Shown: positions 1 to 8,720, counted from the stretch's first letter. The stretch is 29,397 nucleotides of DNA from an uncultured archaeon (GCA_964508365.1 CAZDTP010000052.1:1-29397); one strand, 5' to 3'. The notes: generated by a model from the sequence alone, not told the origin. Made by a program: numbers and translations.

Positions 1-435
1 TTGAAGCTCTTTCAAACCATATGGGATATAACATTGTCTATCCTAATAAATCAATATAATCTTTTGATTTTTTTCTTTTAAGGAAATTGAAATGATTTGT
101 ATCTCTATGATTTCTGCAATTTGGACAAGTCTGGATATTCTTATATAGAAGCTAATCTAAATAATTCCAACTGTTTTATATTTTCTTTTCCTAAAAATTG
201 TTTTAACATTTTAAGAAATGGTGTTTCTCCAGTATCTCTGGGTCCTAGTATCATTAGTGCCTTATCAAATCTAAGAGTATGGAATAATATATATGATACA
301 AACTCCATTACATCAATAAGTTGATCTTTTTCAAAAATATCCACTAATACTTTGTTAATCGTTGGACATTAGCATTTGAAGTTGGAGTATAATATTTATC
401 AGAAGGTTTAAAACTGATAAGTTGTATACTATTAT
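1..435 (-). pseudogene. Degenerate D5/P4-family primase-helicase (D5_N plus SF3 helicase) of plasmid/virus type
   Basis: Joining frames on the minus strand gives NA(K)CPTINKVLVDIFEKDQLIDVMEFVSYILFHTLRFDKALMILGPRDTGETPFLKMLKQFLGKENI..RLVQIAE. This follows the D5_N and SF3 Walker A pattern, but with K>E in Walker A and frameshifts near 375 and 143. Confidence 0.75.
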
Positions 436-578
436 TAGTTTTTTTACACCACACATTATAGTAACAAAACGTAAAATCCTGACAATCTATTAAAAAAATA
501 AGAGTAAAGATTATAGAGAAAGAGATTATATTAAAATGAAAAATTTGAAAGAATTTTTATCAGAAGGGAAAGATTGGT

Positions 579-2456
579 TTGAACACTGAACGAGTCGTCG
601 AAGAAGCACGAGCGTATGCAGAAGAAATAATAGAGACGGTTCGAGAGCCTCTCCTTGTTCTTAATGAGGATCTTCGGGTGATCTCTGCGAATAAAAGTTT
701 CTACGATACGTTTCAAGTATCCCCAGAGGAGTCAGAGAAGGAACTTATTTACGATTTGGGAAACCAACAGTGGGACATCCCCAAGCTTCGTGAGTTGCTA
801 GAAGACATTCTCCCCAAGAACGCCAAATTCGAAGCCTACGAGGTGGAGCACGACTTCGAGACCATCGGAAAGCGAATAATGGTTCTCAATGCCCGAAAAA
901 TATATAGAGAGACTAATAATTCGCAAATAATCCTCCTTGCCATCGAAGACATTACCGAGCGCAGGAAGGCTGAACGAGTCGTCGAAGAAGCACGAGCGTA
1001 TGCAGAAGAAATAATAGAGACGGTTCGAGAGCCTCTCCTTGTTCTTAATGAGGATCTTCGGGTGATCTCTGCGAATAAAAGTTTCTACGATACGTTTCAA
1101 GTATCCCCAGAGGAGTCAGAGAAGGAACTTATTTACGATTTGGGAAACCAACAGTGGGACATCCCCAAGCTTCGTGAGTTGCTAGAAGACATTCTCCCCA
1201 AGAACGCCAAATTCGAAGCCTACGAGGTGGAGCACGACTTCGAGACCATCGGAAAGCGAATAATGGTTCTCAATGCCCGAAAAATATATAGAGAGACTAA
1301 TAATTCGCAAATGATCCTCCTTGCCATCGAAGACATTACCGACCGTAGGAAAGCAGAGAAAGAAAAAGAACAATTGCAATCAATTTTATCTAGTCAAAAG
1401 GATCCTGTTTTTGTCATATTTGGAGATTATACAATTGCTTTTATGAACCAATCAGCATATGAAATATTTGGAGCTGAGATTGCTGGGAAAAAATGCCACA
1501 ATATAATTAAAGGATCGGATTACCCGTGTGATCATTGTCCAATAAAAGCTATTACGGAATCTAATATCTTAGAAGTTCGGTTTGAACAATGCGTTATACT
1601 GCCCTATTCAGAGGAAACTAAATTTTTTGACGTGAAGGCTACACATATTGAAAATTATGACGGAAAGCCCGCAATCGTAGAATTATCAAGAGATATCACC
1701 CATCTTAGAATGGCAGAGAATGATTTAAAAAAATCTGAAAGTATGCTTCGTGAATCTCTTACTAAGACAAATTTTTATAAAGATTTACTCACTCACGATA
1801 TGAATAACATCTTACAAGGTATTTTATCAGGCGCGCAGTTTAGTGAACTAATTCATAATGATCCAAATCAACTTGAAGAACTACGATCTAGTATAAGAAT
1901 AATAAGAGAACAAGTCATTAGGGGAACAAATTTAATTCGTAATATTCGCAAGATTTCTCAACTTGAAGAACACGAAATACAGTTTAAAAAGGTTGAGATT
2001 TGTAATATTTTAAAAAATTCAATTTCAAATGTAAAAAACACTTACCAAGATAAAAATATAAACATACAAGTCGATTCTATCGATAAAAAGCTTTATGTTC
2101 AAATCGGAGAATTTTTAGAAGATGTGTTTGAAAACATCTTGATTAATGCAATAAGACATAATAAAAACCCATTGGTTAAAATCACCATTAGGATTTCCAA
2201 GTATAAAAAAAATAGCACAAATTATTTTAAAATAGAATTTCTGGATAACGGTGAAGGAATTGATGACAATCGAAAAAAGATTATCTTTCATAGAGGGAAC
2301 GCTAAAAAAGGAAGCGTTCCTGGAATGGGTTTAGGGCTGTCTCTTGTGAATGTTATTGTTGAAAGTTATAATGGAGAAATCTGGGTTGAAGATCGTATAA
2401 AAGGAGATTACACTAAAGGGAGTAATTTTGTTCTTTTAATACCAGAGGTGATCTAA
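579..2456 (+). CDS. PAS-domain sensor histidine kinase (three PAS domains plus HisKA/HATPase)
   Basis: H-box LLTHDMNNIL, N-box NILINAIRHN, G1 DNGEGI and G2 GMGLGLSLV. Two near-identical PAS domains (IIETVREPLLVL...) precede a Cys-containing PAS. Confidence 0.93.
   Translation: MNTERVVEEARAYAEEIIETVREPLLVLNEDLRVISANKSFYDTFQVSPEESEKELIYDLGNQQWDIPKLRELLEDILPKNAKFEAYEVEHDFETIGKRIMVLNARKIYRETNNSQIILLAIEDITERRKAERVVEEARAYAEEIIETVREPLLVLNEDLRVISANKSFYDTFQVSPEESEKELIYDLGNQQWDIPKLRELLEDILPKNAKFEAYEVEHDFETIGKRIMVLNARKIYRETNNSQMILLAIEDITDRRKAEKEKEQLQSILSSQKDPVFVIFGDYTIAFMNQSAYEIFGAEIAGKKCHNIIKGSDYPCDHCPIKAITESNILEVRFEQCVILPYSEETKFFDVKATHIENYDGKPAIVELSRDITHLRMAENDLKKSESMLRESLTKTNFYKDLLTHDMNNILQGILSGAQFSELIHNDPNQLEELRSSIRIIREQVIRGTNLIRNIRKISQLEEHEIQFKKVEICNILKNSISNVKNTYQDKNINIQVDSIDKKLYVQIGEFLEDVFENILINAIRHNKNPLVKITIRISKYKKNSTNYFKIEFLDNGEGIDDNRKKIIFHRGNAKKGSVPGMGLGLSLVNVIVESYNGEIWVEDRIKGDYTKGSNFVLLIPEVI
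586..1353 (+). repeat. Tandem duplication of a 384-bp (128-codon) PAS module
   Basis: 586-969 matches 970-1353. By eye there are only 4 mismatches (929/1313, 959/1343, 962/1346, 968/1352). Confidence 0.97.
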
Positions 2457-2457
2457 A

Positions 2458-2841
2458 GCGGAAAAAATATTCATCGTTGATGATGAAACTATACAACAAT
2501 ATTTTTACAGGAAACTTCTAACTTTTCATGGTTTTGAGGTTGTAGGTGTCGCAGAAGACGGAGAAGAAGCTATCAGCATGTTTAACTCATTCTCAGAGAA
2601 ACCAAAAGTAATTTTGATGGATAACCGGATGCCAAAAAAGAATGGAATTGAAGCCACAAAAGAGATTTTACAAATCGATAAAAATGTAAAGATTATATTT
2701 ATAAGTGCTGATGACAGTATTAAAGAAGAGGTGTTATCAATTGGAGCTTTTAGCTTTTGGGATAAACCTTTTATGATTGAATCATTAATAAATAAAATTA
2801 ATGCTGCATTGGACAGCTATGATTCCCACTATTCTACGTAA
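2458..2841 (+). CDS. Stand-alone CheY-like response regulator (start codon non-canonical or mutated)
   Basis: The frame is open from 2452: (A)EKIFIVDDE...ILMDNRMPKKNG...IFISAD...DKP. The ATG at 2578 would remove the beta1 DD acidic pocket. SD GAGGTGA lies 6 nt before a GCG at 2458. Confidence 0.8.
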   Translation, partial: AEKIFIVDDETIQQYFYRKLLTFHGFEVVGVAEDGEEAISMFNSFSEKPKVILMDNRMPKKNGIEATKEILQIDKNVKIIFISADDSIKEEVLSIGAFSFWDKPFMIESLINKINAALDSYDSHYST

Positions 2842-3003
2842 TCCTATATAAACAATTTTTTAGCTATCAAGGCAGCAGTAGAACAATTAGAAAAACATTT
2901 TACATAAGTAATTTCTTTAAAATTGAGCCTCAAGATAAATTTAATAATTTTGAAATGTAGATTTAAAACACTCTAATTAGATTAATTATATTCAAAAAAA
3001 TAA

Positions 3004-3363
3004 TTTAAAACCATTGCGGCGGGGCTCTTAATTGTAATCCTTGGAGGAGGTAGTTTTATTCTTTTGTTAGACTATTTATATATGTATCGTGGTGCGAGTA
3101 TCCTTAGAATATTTTCCATTTCACCTTAGGGATTTAAAAAAGTAGTTCCAAGACAACTGATTTTTGAAATCAATTGGTCTGATTTCGAATTAATTCAATT
3201 ACGTAGAACTTCTGCATCTGTTTCTGCGATCCATTTGAAATCTCAGATAGCATATAGATTTAACTTCATTTCAAATGATGAAGTATAAAACGACATTATT
3301 ATTAAAGGATCACTGCATTTTAGTGGGACAAATTGTAGAGCAATTATATCTAAAATGGAATAA
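3004..3363 (+). pseudogene. Degenerate membrane-anchored protein (TM helix followed by a small beta-rich domain)
   Basis: Frame +1 reads TIAAGLLIVILGGGSFILLLDYLYMYRGASILRIFSISP*GFKKVVPRQLIFEINWSDFELIQLRR...EV*NDIIIKG. In-frame stops are at 3127 (TAG) and 3286 (TAA), and there is no start codon. Confidence 0.5.
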
Positions 3364-3394
3364 TTTGTTTGGATAACAAATTATTTTAAAAACC

Positions 3395-4492
3395 TTATAT
3401 TTTTTTATATTTTTTTATTTTCAAATCTTTTTCAAAAAAGCCGGATGATATTAAATTCTTTTTTTGTTCATCAAAATGAGCATAAAGTTCAATAGGCTCA
3501 ATCTTTTTTACTGGGTTAATCATATTTTTTCTATAATTAAGTAATCGCTTGCGAGTTAGATAAATCGAGTAATCGGATATATCACATCCTATCCACCTTC
3601 TATTTAATTTATCGGCAGCTATTATAGTAGTTCCAGAGCCACAAAAAAAATCTGCTACTAAATCTCCTTTATTACTACCTATTTTGATTACTCTTTCAAG
3701 CAAATCGTGGTGTTTTTGAGTAGGAAAACCTGTCCATTCTTTTGATGCCGGTTGTAAACATGGAATTTTCCATACATCGTCCAGCTTTTTGTCTGTCACA
3801 GTTCGATAAATTACATGACCATTTCTATCTTTAGCATTTTTTAAAACTCCGTTTACCATTTCACGCTTAAGTTGTTTAATTGGCTTATTGCGGGGGATTC
3901 GCTGTTCATTAAAAGTAAAATCCGATGACTTAGAATACACTAAAATATTATCATGTGCTCGAGGGAGCGTTTTTTTTCCCGCAGAATACTTATTATAGTA
4001 ATACCAAATAATCTCATTTATGAATCGATTCTTTCCAAAAATCTCATCTAAAAGAAGTTTAACATAATGACTAGCATGCCAATCTAGATGAATGAAAATT
4101 AAACCTTTTTTTGACAAGAGCTTTTTAAAAATTGAAATTCTATCAAAAAGCATTTGTAAGTATGAGTCTATATCTTTATTCCAGTAATCAAAGTAAGCAA
4201 CTGAGTCATATCTATTATTTCCTTCTGAAATGTTGATAGAATAATTTGATCCGGAGAAAAAGGGGGGATCTATATAAATTAAATCAATAGTTTCTTCGAA
4301 ATTATTTAACAAATAATACGCTACTTCTAAATTATCCCCCCAATATAAAAGATTTTTCCAGATTTGTTCAGAAGTTTCTTCACTATTGGAAAATTCTAAA
4401 TCAATTCTTTTATAATAATCTCGATATGTTGTTTTTAATTTAGAAATATTTTTTAAGAAATCCTTTTTATTTTCCCAGATTAGCTTTACCAT
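3395..4492 (-). CDS. Beta-class N6-adenine/N4-cytosine DNA methyltransferase (Mod-like), orphan
   Basis: Motif IV DLIYIDPPF precedes motif I DFFCGSGTT; also WGDNL, FPTQK and RRWIGCDIS. Confidence 0.93.
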   Translation of the reverse strand: MVKLIWENKKDFLKNISKLKTTYRDYYKRIDLEFSNSEETSEQIWKNLLYWGDNLEVAYYLLNNFEETIDLIYIDPPFFSGSNYSINISEGNNRYDSVAYFDYWNKDIDSYLQMLFDRISIFKKLLSKKGLIFIHLDWHASHYVKLLLDEIFGKNRFINEIIWYYYNKYSAGKKTLPRAHDNILVYSKSSDFTFNEQRIPRNKPIKQLKREMVNGVLKNAKDRNGHVIYRTVTDKKLDDVWKIPCLQPASKEWTGFPTQKHHDLLERVIKIGSNKGDLVADFFCGSGTTIIAADKLNRRWIGCDISDYSIYLTRKRLLNYRKNMINPVKKIEPIELYAHFDEQKKNLISSGFFEKDLKIKKYKKI

Positions 4493-4522
4493 TATTAATC
4501 ATTAATTTAGGGTTAAACCGAA

Positions 4523-5803
4523 TTAAAGAATTGATAGATTAAATATAGTTATTGTAATAATTGTCATTGAAATCAGGATACTTATGGTAATAATAATATA
4601 AAAGATTAGATGAATGACATACACTTTTTTGTTCTTCTTCTTATTTAAAGCTCTTGTAGAATAAAATAATTTGTTCAATATTGCCGCTGATAATCCGATT
4701 GTTAACATCAATAACGCGTTTCCTTCGTTAATTAAACTTTTATAAAACGCAGTAGCAACGAAAAGAGATGAAGCACCCCCGGAAAGTAACCCGATTCCAA
4801 ATACAATTAGATAATATGCGATGATATTTAATTCAAAAAAACTTAACACGATTGTTAAAACTAATCCAATTGAGTATGTTCCCGCAAATATTAGTGCGCT
4901 CTTAATTGAGAGAGGATTTTTGATCTTTTCTAACATTAAATGAGTTTCTTTTTTTCTTAGTATTAAAAATGAACCAATTAATCCTATAATCGATGTAACT
5001 AGAATAGGATAAAGAGCATAACCTAATAAGGTAGGAGTAATCATTAACACAATGATCATCCTAATCAGCATAGTTTGAATAACAAGCCAAACTGATGAGG
5101 AAGAGGCACCAGCTTCAGCTAATTCAACGGTTGTAGCCTCGCTGTGAGCAAAACCTCCTAAAAATGAAATATAATATAGATTTTTTTCAGTTGTGCTTTT
5201 TAATAAAAAATAACTAAAATATTTTACAGTTAAAATTACGATGAATATTATAATTATTGATTTAACAACAATACCGAAAACTTGGAGATTATCTGGAATT
5301 AGGATATAAAGTAAAACTACGATTGCAATAAACTCAACGGTCCCAGTCCATTCAATTTCCTTTAATTTTCTTATTTTATAAAACTGCTTTTTTGTAGATA
5401 AGATAATCAAAAATATAACAGAAATGGCAATAGCAAGATATTCATTATAATAACACATTATACCAACAATCATCGCTAATATCATTGATAGAGTAGTAGT
5501 ATACCCAGGATCTTTTTCCCGAAATAACCTATATATAGATCCAATCAACAAAAAAATGATCATTCCGCCAAAAAACAATACAATTAGAATAAATCCTTCA
5601 GATACAGGTAAAAATGTATTATTTAAAATTATTAAAGAGGTCGAAATCATTGAAAAAAAGATGTGATCTCGAGCACCATATTGGGCTGCTACTCTAGTGC
5701 GCTCTATTCCTATAACGAAGCCACAAAAAAACGACACTATGATTTTAATGAATAAACCGTAAAATTCTGCTAATAATATCATTTGTGATAACAATAAATT
5801 CAC
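4523..5803 (-). CDS. MgtC/SapB-family membrane protein with DUF4010-like C-terminal region
   Basis: N-terminal GFVIGIER..YGARDH and GYTTT motifs, GGFAHSEATT, and about 12 hydrophobic segments. Confidence 0.8.
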   Translation of the reverse strand: MNLLLSQMILLAEFYGLFIKIIVSFFCGFVIGIERTRVAAQYGARDHIFFSMISTSLIILNNTFLPVSEGFILIVLFFGGMIIFLLIGSIYRLFREKDPGYTTTLSMILAMIVGIMCYYNEYLAIAISVIFLIILSTKKQFYKIRKLKEIEWTGTVEFIAIVVLLYILIPDNLQVFGIVVKSIIIIFIVILTVKYFSYFLLKSTTEKNLYYISFLGGFAHSEATTVELAEAGASSSSVWLVIQTMLIRMIIVLMITPTLLGYALYPILVTSIIGLIGSFLILRKKETHLMLEKIKNPLSIKSALIFAGTYSIGLVLTIVLSFFELNIIAYYLIVFGIGLLSGGASSLFVATAFYKSLINEGNALLMLTIGLSAAILNKLFYSTRALNKKKNKKVYVIHLIFYIIITISILISMTIITITIFNLSIL

Positions 5804-5931
5804 CTTTTATGTTAAATCATCTAACGAATTGATAAATATGTTGCATTAATCCTAAAAATGTTTTACGAAAAGAAATTATCACTTAGGAATTAGCTCTCGT
5901 AGAACTTAAAAAATAAAAGAAGAAAAAATTC

Positions 5932-6645
5932 TTACTCTAAATTATTTGCTAAGATATCTTCTAATTCTTTATCAGAAAGGAATCCCTTATGAGCCATCGT
6001 TTCCCTAATTTTTTCAATAACTTGAGGTGCTCCTTTTGATTCTTCAATGAAATCCTCTAAAGAAGTTAGTTTAAGTCTAACTGCTTCAATTTCTTTATTC
6101 TTCGCTTCAATTTCATTCTTAGCAGTGATTATTTCGTTTTCCTTCCTATCCAACTGTCCAGTTAACTCGTCTTTTAAGCTTTCGATCTCAACATACTTAT
6201 CAGAAATTGTCTGTTGAAGATCTTTCTTAACGCTTTCTAGCTCTCTTTCTTTTTGATCGTGTTCTTCTTTTAGAGAACCTACTTTTGGTTCTAATTCCTT
6301 CAGTTTTTCCTTTGTTTCATTATATTTCATCTCAAAGTCAGATTTGTCATTTCTTAATGAATCTACTTCCGTACTTATTTTATTTCTCTCTTCTGACACC
6401 GATGTTAACTCTGCTTTAGTTGAATTTAGATCTTGAGTAGTTCCGTTGAGCTTTTTTTCACTCGCAGCTAAATTCTCTTTAGTTTCGCTCAACTCTTTTG
6501 ATACGGACTCTAACTTCTTTTCTTTTTGCTTTAATTGCTGCTCTAAATCTTTAACTTTTGCTCTAAGGTCTAATAAAAATCGTCCATCTATTTTTTGGGA
6601 CTTTTCCGGGTTCATTTCCGCTTTTTGCCAGTCAATATTAGTAAT
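5932..6645 (-). CDS. Coiled-coil protein with SHOCT-like C-terminus, paralog 1 (probable ATT start at 6645; first ATG at 6615)
   Basis: Heptad-rich K/E body ending in HKGFLSDKELEDI. The segment ITNIDWQKAE upstream of the ATG is conserved with paralog 2. SD GGTGT lies 7 nt before the ATT. Confidence 0.85.
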   Translation of the reverse strand: MTNIDWQKAEMNPEKSQKIDGRFLLDLRAKVKDLEQQLKQKEKKLESVSKELSETKENLAASEKKLNGTTQDLNSTKAELTSVSEERNKISTEVDSLRNDKSDFEMKYNETKEKLKELEPKVGSLKEEHDQKERELESVKKDLQQTISDKYVEIESLKDELTGQLDRKENEIITAKNEIEAKNKEIEAVRLKLTSLEDFIEESKGAPQVIEKIRETMAHKGFLSDKELEDILANNLE

Positions 6646-6811
6646 ATTTCTTACACCTTCATTTATTTTCTTTTTATATCATTATTTTATATTATTAATT
6701 TTATGTTGTACAATATATAATTTTTTCAAATTATTTATTAACTCGTATGATATTTGCTTATGTAAGATTTTTTAAAATTCAAAGTTGTTGCTTAAGGCAA
6801 ACTCATATAAT

Positions 6812-7474
6812 CTAATCAAATTCTTTGAAAATATCTTCCAATTCCTTATCGGAAAGAAACCCTTTATGAACCATCATTTCTTTAATTCGTTCTAAAACTT
6901 TTGGTGTGGATCTTACTTCTGAAAGATTTGCTTCAAGCAATTTGATTTTATCTATAAATTCATCAGTTTCTTTTTGATTTGTTTTAATTACCTCATTTAG
7001 ATTATCTATCTCCTTTTTTCTTTTTTCTAAATCGTTCTTATAGTTTTCTATAGTCTTTTCCTTGAATTTAATTGTTTGTTCCATTTCACTTGCTTTTTTT
7101 GTCGTTAATTTTAATTCACTCTTCAAATTACTAATGTTATCGTTTGCTTCAGTAAGTTTTGCTTTGATTTCTTCAAGCTTTGGCTTTAATCGAGTTAATT
7201 CAATATCAGTATTTAGTTTATTTTCAGAAACATTATCCAAATTCTTCTTTGCAGATGAGAATTTCTCACTTATCTTAACAAGACTTTTCTCTCTTCCGGT
7301 TAACTTATTTTGAGTTTCCTTTAATTTTTCCTTGGTCTTCTGGAGTTTTTCCTTATTTTTATTTAAATCTCTTTCCAATTCGTTAATTTTAGCTTGTAAA
7401 TCTAATAAAACCCTTCCTTCTACTTTTTGAGCCTTTTCTGGGGCTAACTCCGCGCGTTCCCAATTAATAGTAAT
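6812..7474 (-). CDS. Coiled-coil protein with SHOCT-like C-terminus, paralog 2 (probable ATT start at 7474)
   Basis: The frame is open from TAA(7480-7478): ITINWERAELAPEKAQKVEGRVLLDLQAKINELE, with no ATG/GTG/TTG before 7378. It ends in HKGFLSDKELEDI, and SD GGTGA lies 7 nt before the ATT. Confidence 0.85.
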   Translation of the reverse strand: MTINWERAELAPEKAQKVEGRVLLDLQAKINELERDLNKNKEKLQKTKEKLKETQNKLTGREKSLVKISEKFSSAKKNLDNVSENKLNTDIELTRLKPKLEEIKAKLTEANDNISNLKSELKLTTKKASEMEQTIKFKEKTIENYKNDLEKRKKEIDNLNEVIKTNQKETDEFIDKIKLLEANLSEVRSTPKVLERIKEMMVHKGFLSDKELEDIFKEFD

Positions 7475-7714
7475 TTTTTACTCACCCTTTTGACTTATTT
7501 GTAAAAGTTTAAAACGTTTTTAGATTACCTAATTAAATTCTCAATTATTGTTTAGATTTTCTCTATATTGTTTTATCGCTATATAAATTAATTCTTCTTC
7601 TGCTATATTAAACTTTACGAAGCATTAATTTTTTATAATGCTAATTTATTTTATTGAAAATAGCTTTGGTTTATTTGAAAAGGCAAGATAATTTTATTTA
7701 ATGGAATTCTAATC

Positions 7715-8524
7715 GTGATTCGGATGGCTAGAATACATATTGGCTGCGCAGGATGGGATTATAAAGATTGGATAGGACCATTTTATCCTAAGCTGCTCGA
7801 ATCATACAATAGACTTGTTTTTTATACAAAATATTTCAATGTAATTGAAATCAACAATACATTCTACAGTCTTCCTAAATTTTCAATCGTTCAAAATTGG
7901 AGCGAACAAGCTCCAGCAGATTTTAAATTTATAGTTAAAGTCTGGCAAGAGATTACCCATAATTTCAAAGACGTTAACATTAAAGATTCAATCTCTCAAT
8001 TTTTTTATCGGCTAAGCCCTTTAAAAGAAAAAACTTTTGCCTATTTATTACAATTTCCTCCATGGTTTAAGTACAATGAAAAACACCTTCACCAACTAAA
8101 ATATCTAATAAGTGAACTCCCTACTGAGAACAAGTATATATTTGAATTACGGGATAATTCTTGGTTTAATGAAGATCTGTTATACGAATTATTAGAAATT
8201 TCAACAATTATCTTAGGGACAACGTACATGCCGGGAATTAAAGCGTACTATATGCCAAGACAAAATACATATTATATTCGCCTAATCGGTGATCGCGAGT
8301 TAACAGTCTTTGATCGAATTCAAAGAGACCAAAAAGAAAATTTGAGCAACCTGGTTAATAAAATTAACACTCTTAAAAAATCTCCTAATATTTATGAAAT
8401 TTTCATTATCGTAAATAATCATTTTCAAGGAAATGCACCTGAATCTGTGAACATGCTAAAAGAAAAGCTCAATCTACCCGTAAAAACATTTAATCAACAG
8501 AAAAAATTATCAGATTATTTTTAG
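7715..8524 (+). CDS. DUF72 (YecE/YunF-family) TIM-barrel protein
   Basis: IGCAGWDYKDWIGPFYP, IEINNTFYSLP, LLQFPPWF, FELRDNSW, YIRLIG and IVNNHFQG motifs. Confidence 0.92.
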   Translation: MIRMARIHIGCAGWDYKDWIGPFYPKLLESYNRLVFYTKYFNVIEINNTFYSLPKFSIVQNWSEQAPADFKFIVKVWQEITHNFKDVNIKDSISQFFYRLSPLKEKTFAYLLQFPPWFKYNEKHLHQLKYLISELPTENKYIFELRDNSWFNEDLLYELLEISTIILGTTYMPGIKAYYMPRQNTYYIRLIGDRELTVFDRIQRDQKENLSNLVNKINTLKKSPNIYEIFIIVNNHFQGNAPESVNMLKEKLNLPVKTFNQQKKLSDYF

Positions 8525-8720
8525 CAACCCAAGTAAAGAAGGCTGATATATAAGGCCAATATTAAGTTTGAAATATCAAATATATCACATTAAAATTAGG
8601 TAAATTTTAATTATTAGAATCGAGTATGCTTTTAAATATCTATTGTATTACTGTCTCTTTACAATCTTTAAATTTTACATATTATAAAATTTTAAATATT
8701 CGAAGCCTATCTTTTTTTAT

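Noticed and set aside
97-324. 75-aa plus-strand ORF
   Set aside because: It is an antisense shadow of the primase-helicase remnant and has no motif.
531-1379. Three minus-strand ORFs (531-716, 798-1100, 1182-1379) with repeated sequence
   Set aside because: They are antisense to the kinase, and their mutual similarity simply mirrors the 384-bp duplication.
2842-2907. Open stretch SYINNFLAIKAAVEQLEKHFT* right after the regulator
   Set aside because: It could be a gene 3' remnant but is too short to support.
3127-3129. In-frame TAG as possible pyrrolysine or recoding
   Set aside because: The same frame also has a TAA stop and no start, and other genes here use TAG as a normal stop.
6446-7313. 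Plus-strand ORFs 6446-6775 and 7062-7313
   Set aside because: They are antisense shadows of K/E-rich genes (F/S/L-rich translation).
5932-7474. Calling the coiled-coil genes SMC or CdvA/ESCRT proteins
   Set aside because: There are no Walker motifs, hinge or PRC barrel; any similarity would be generic coiled coil.
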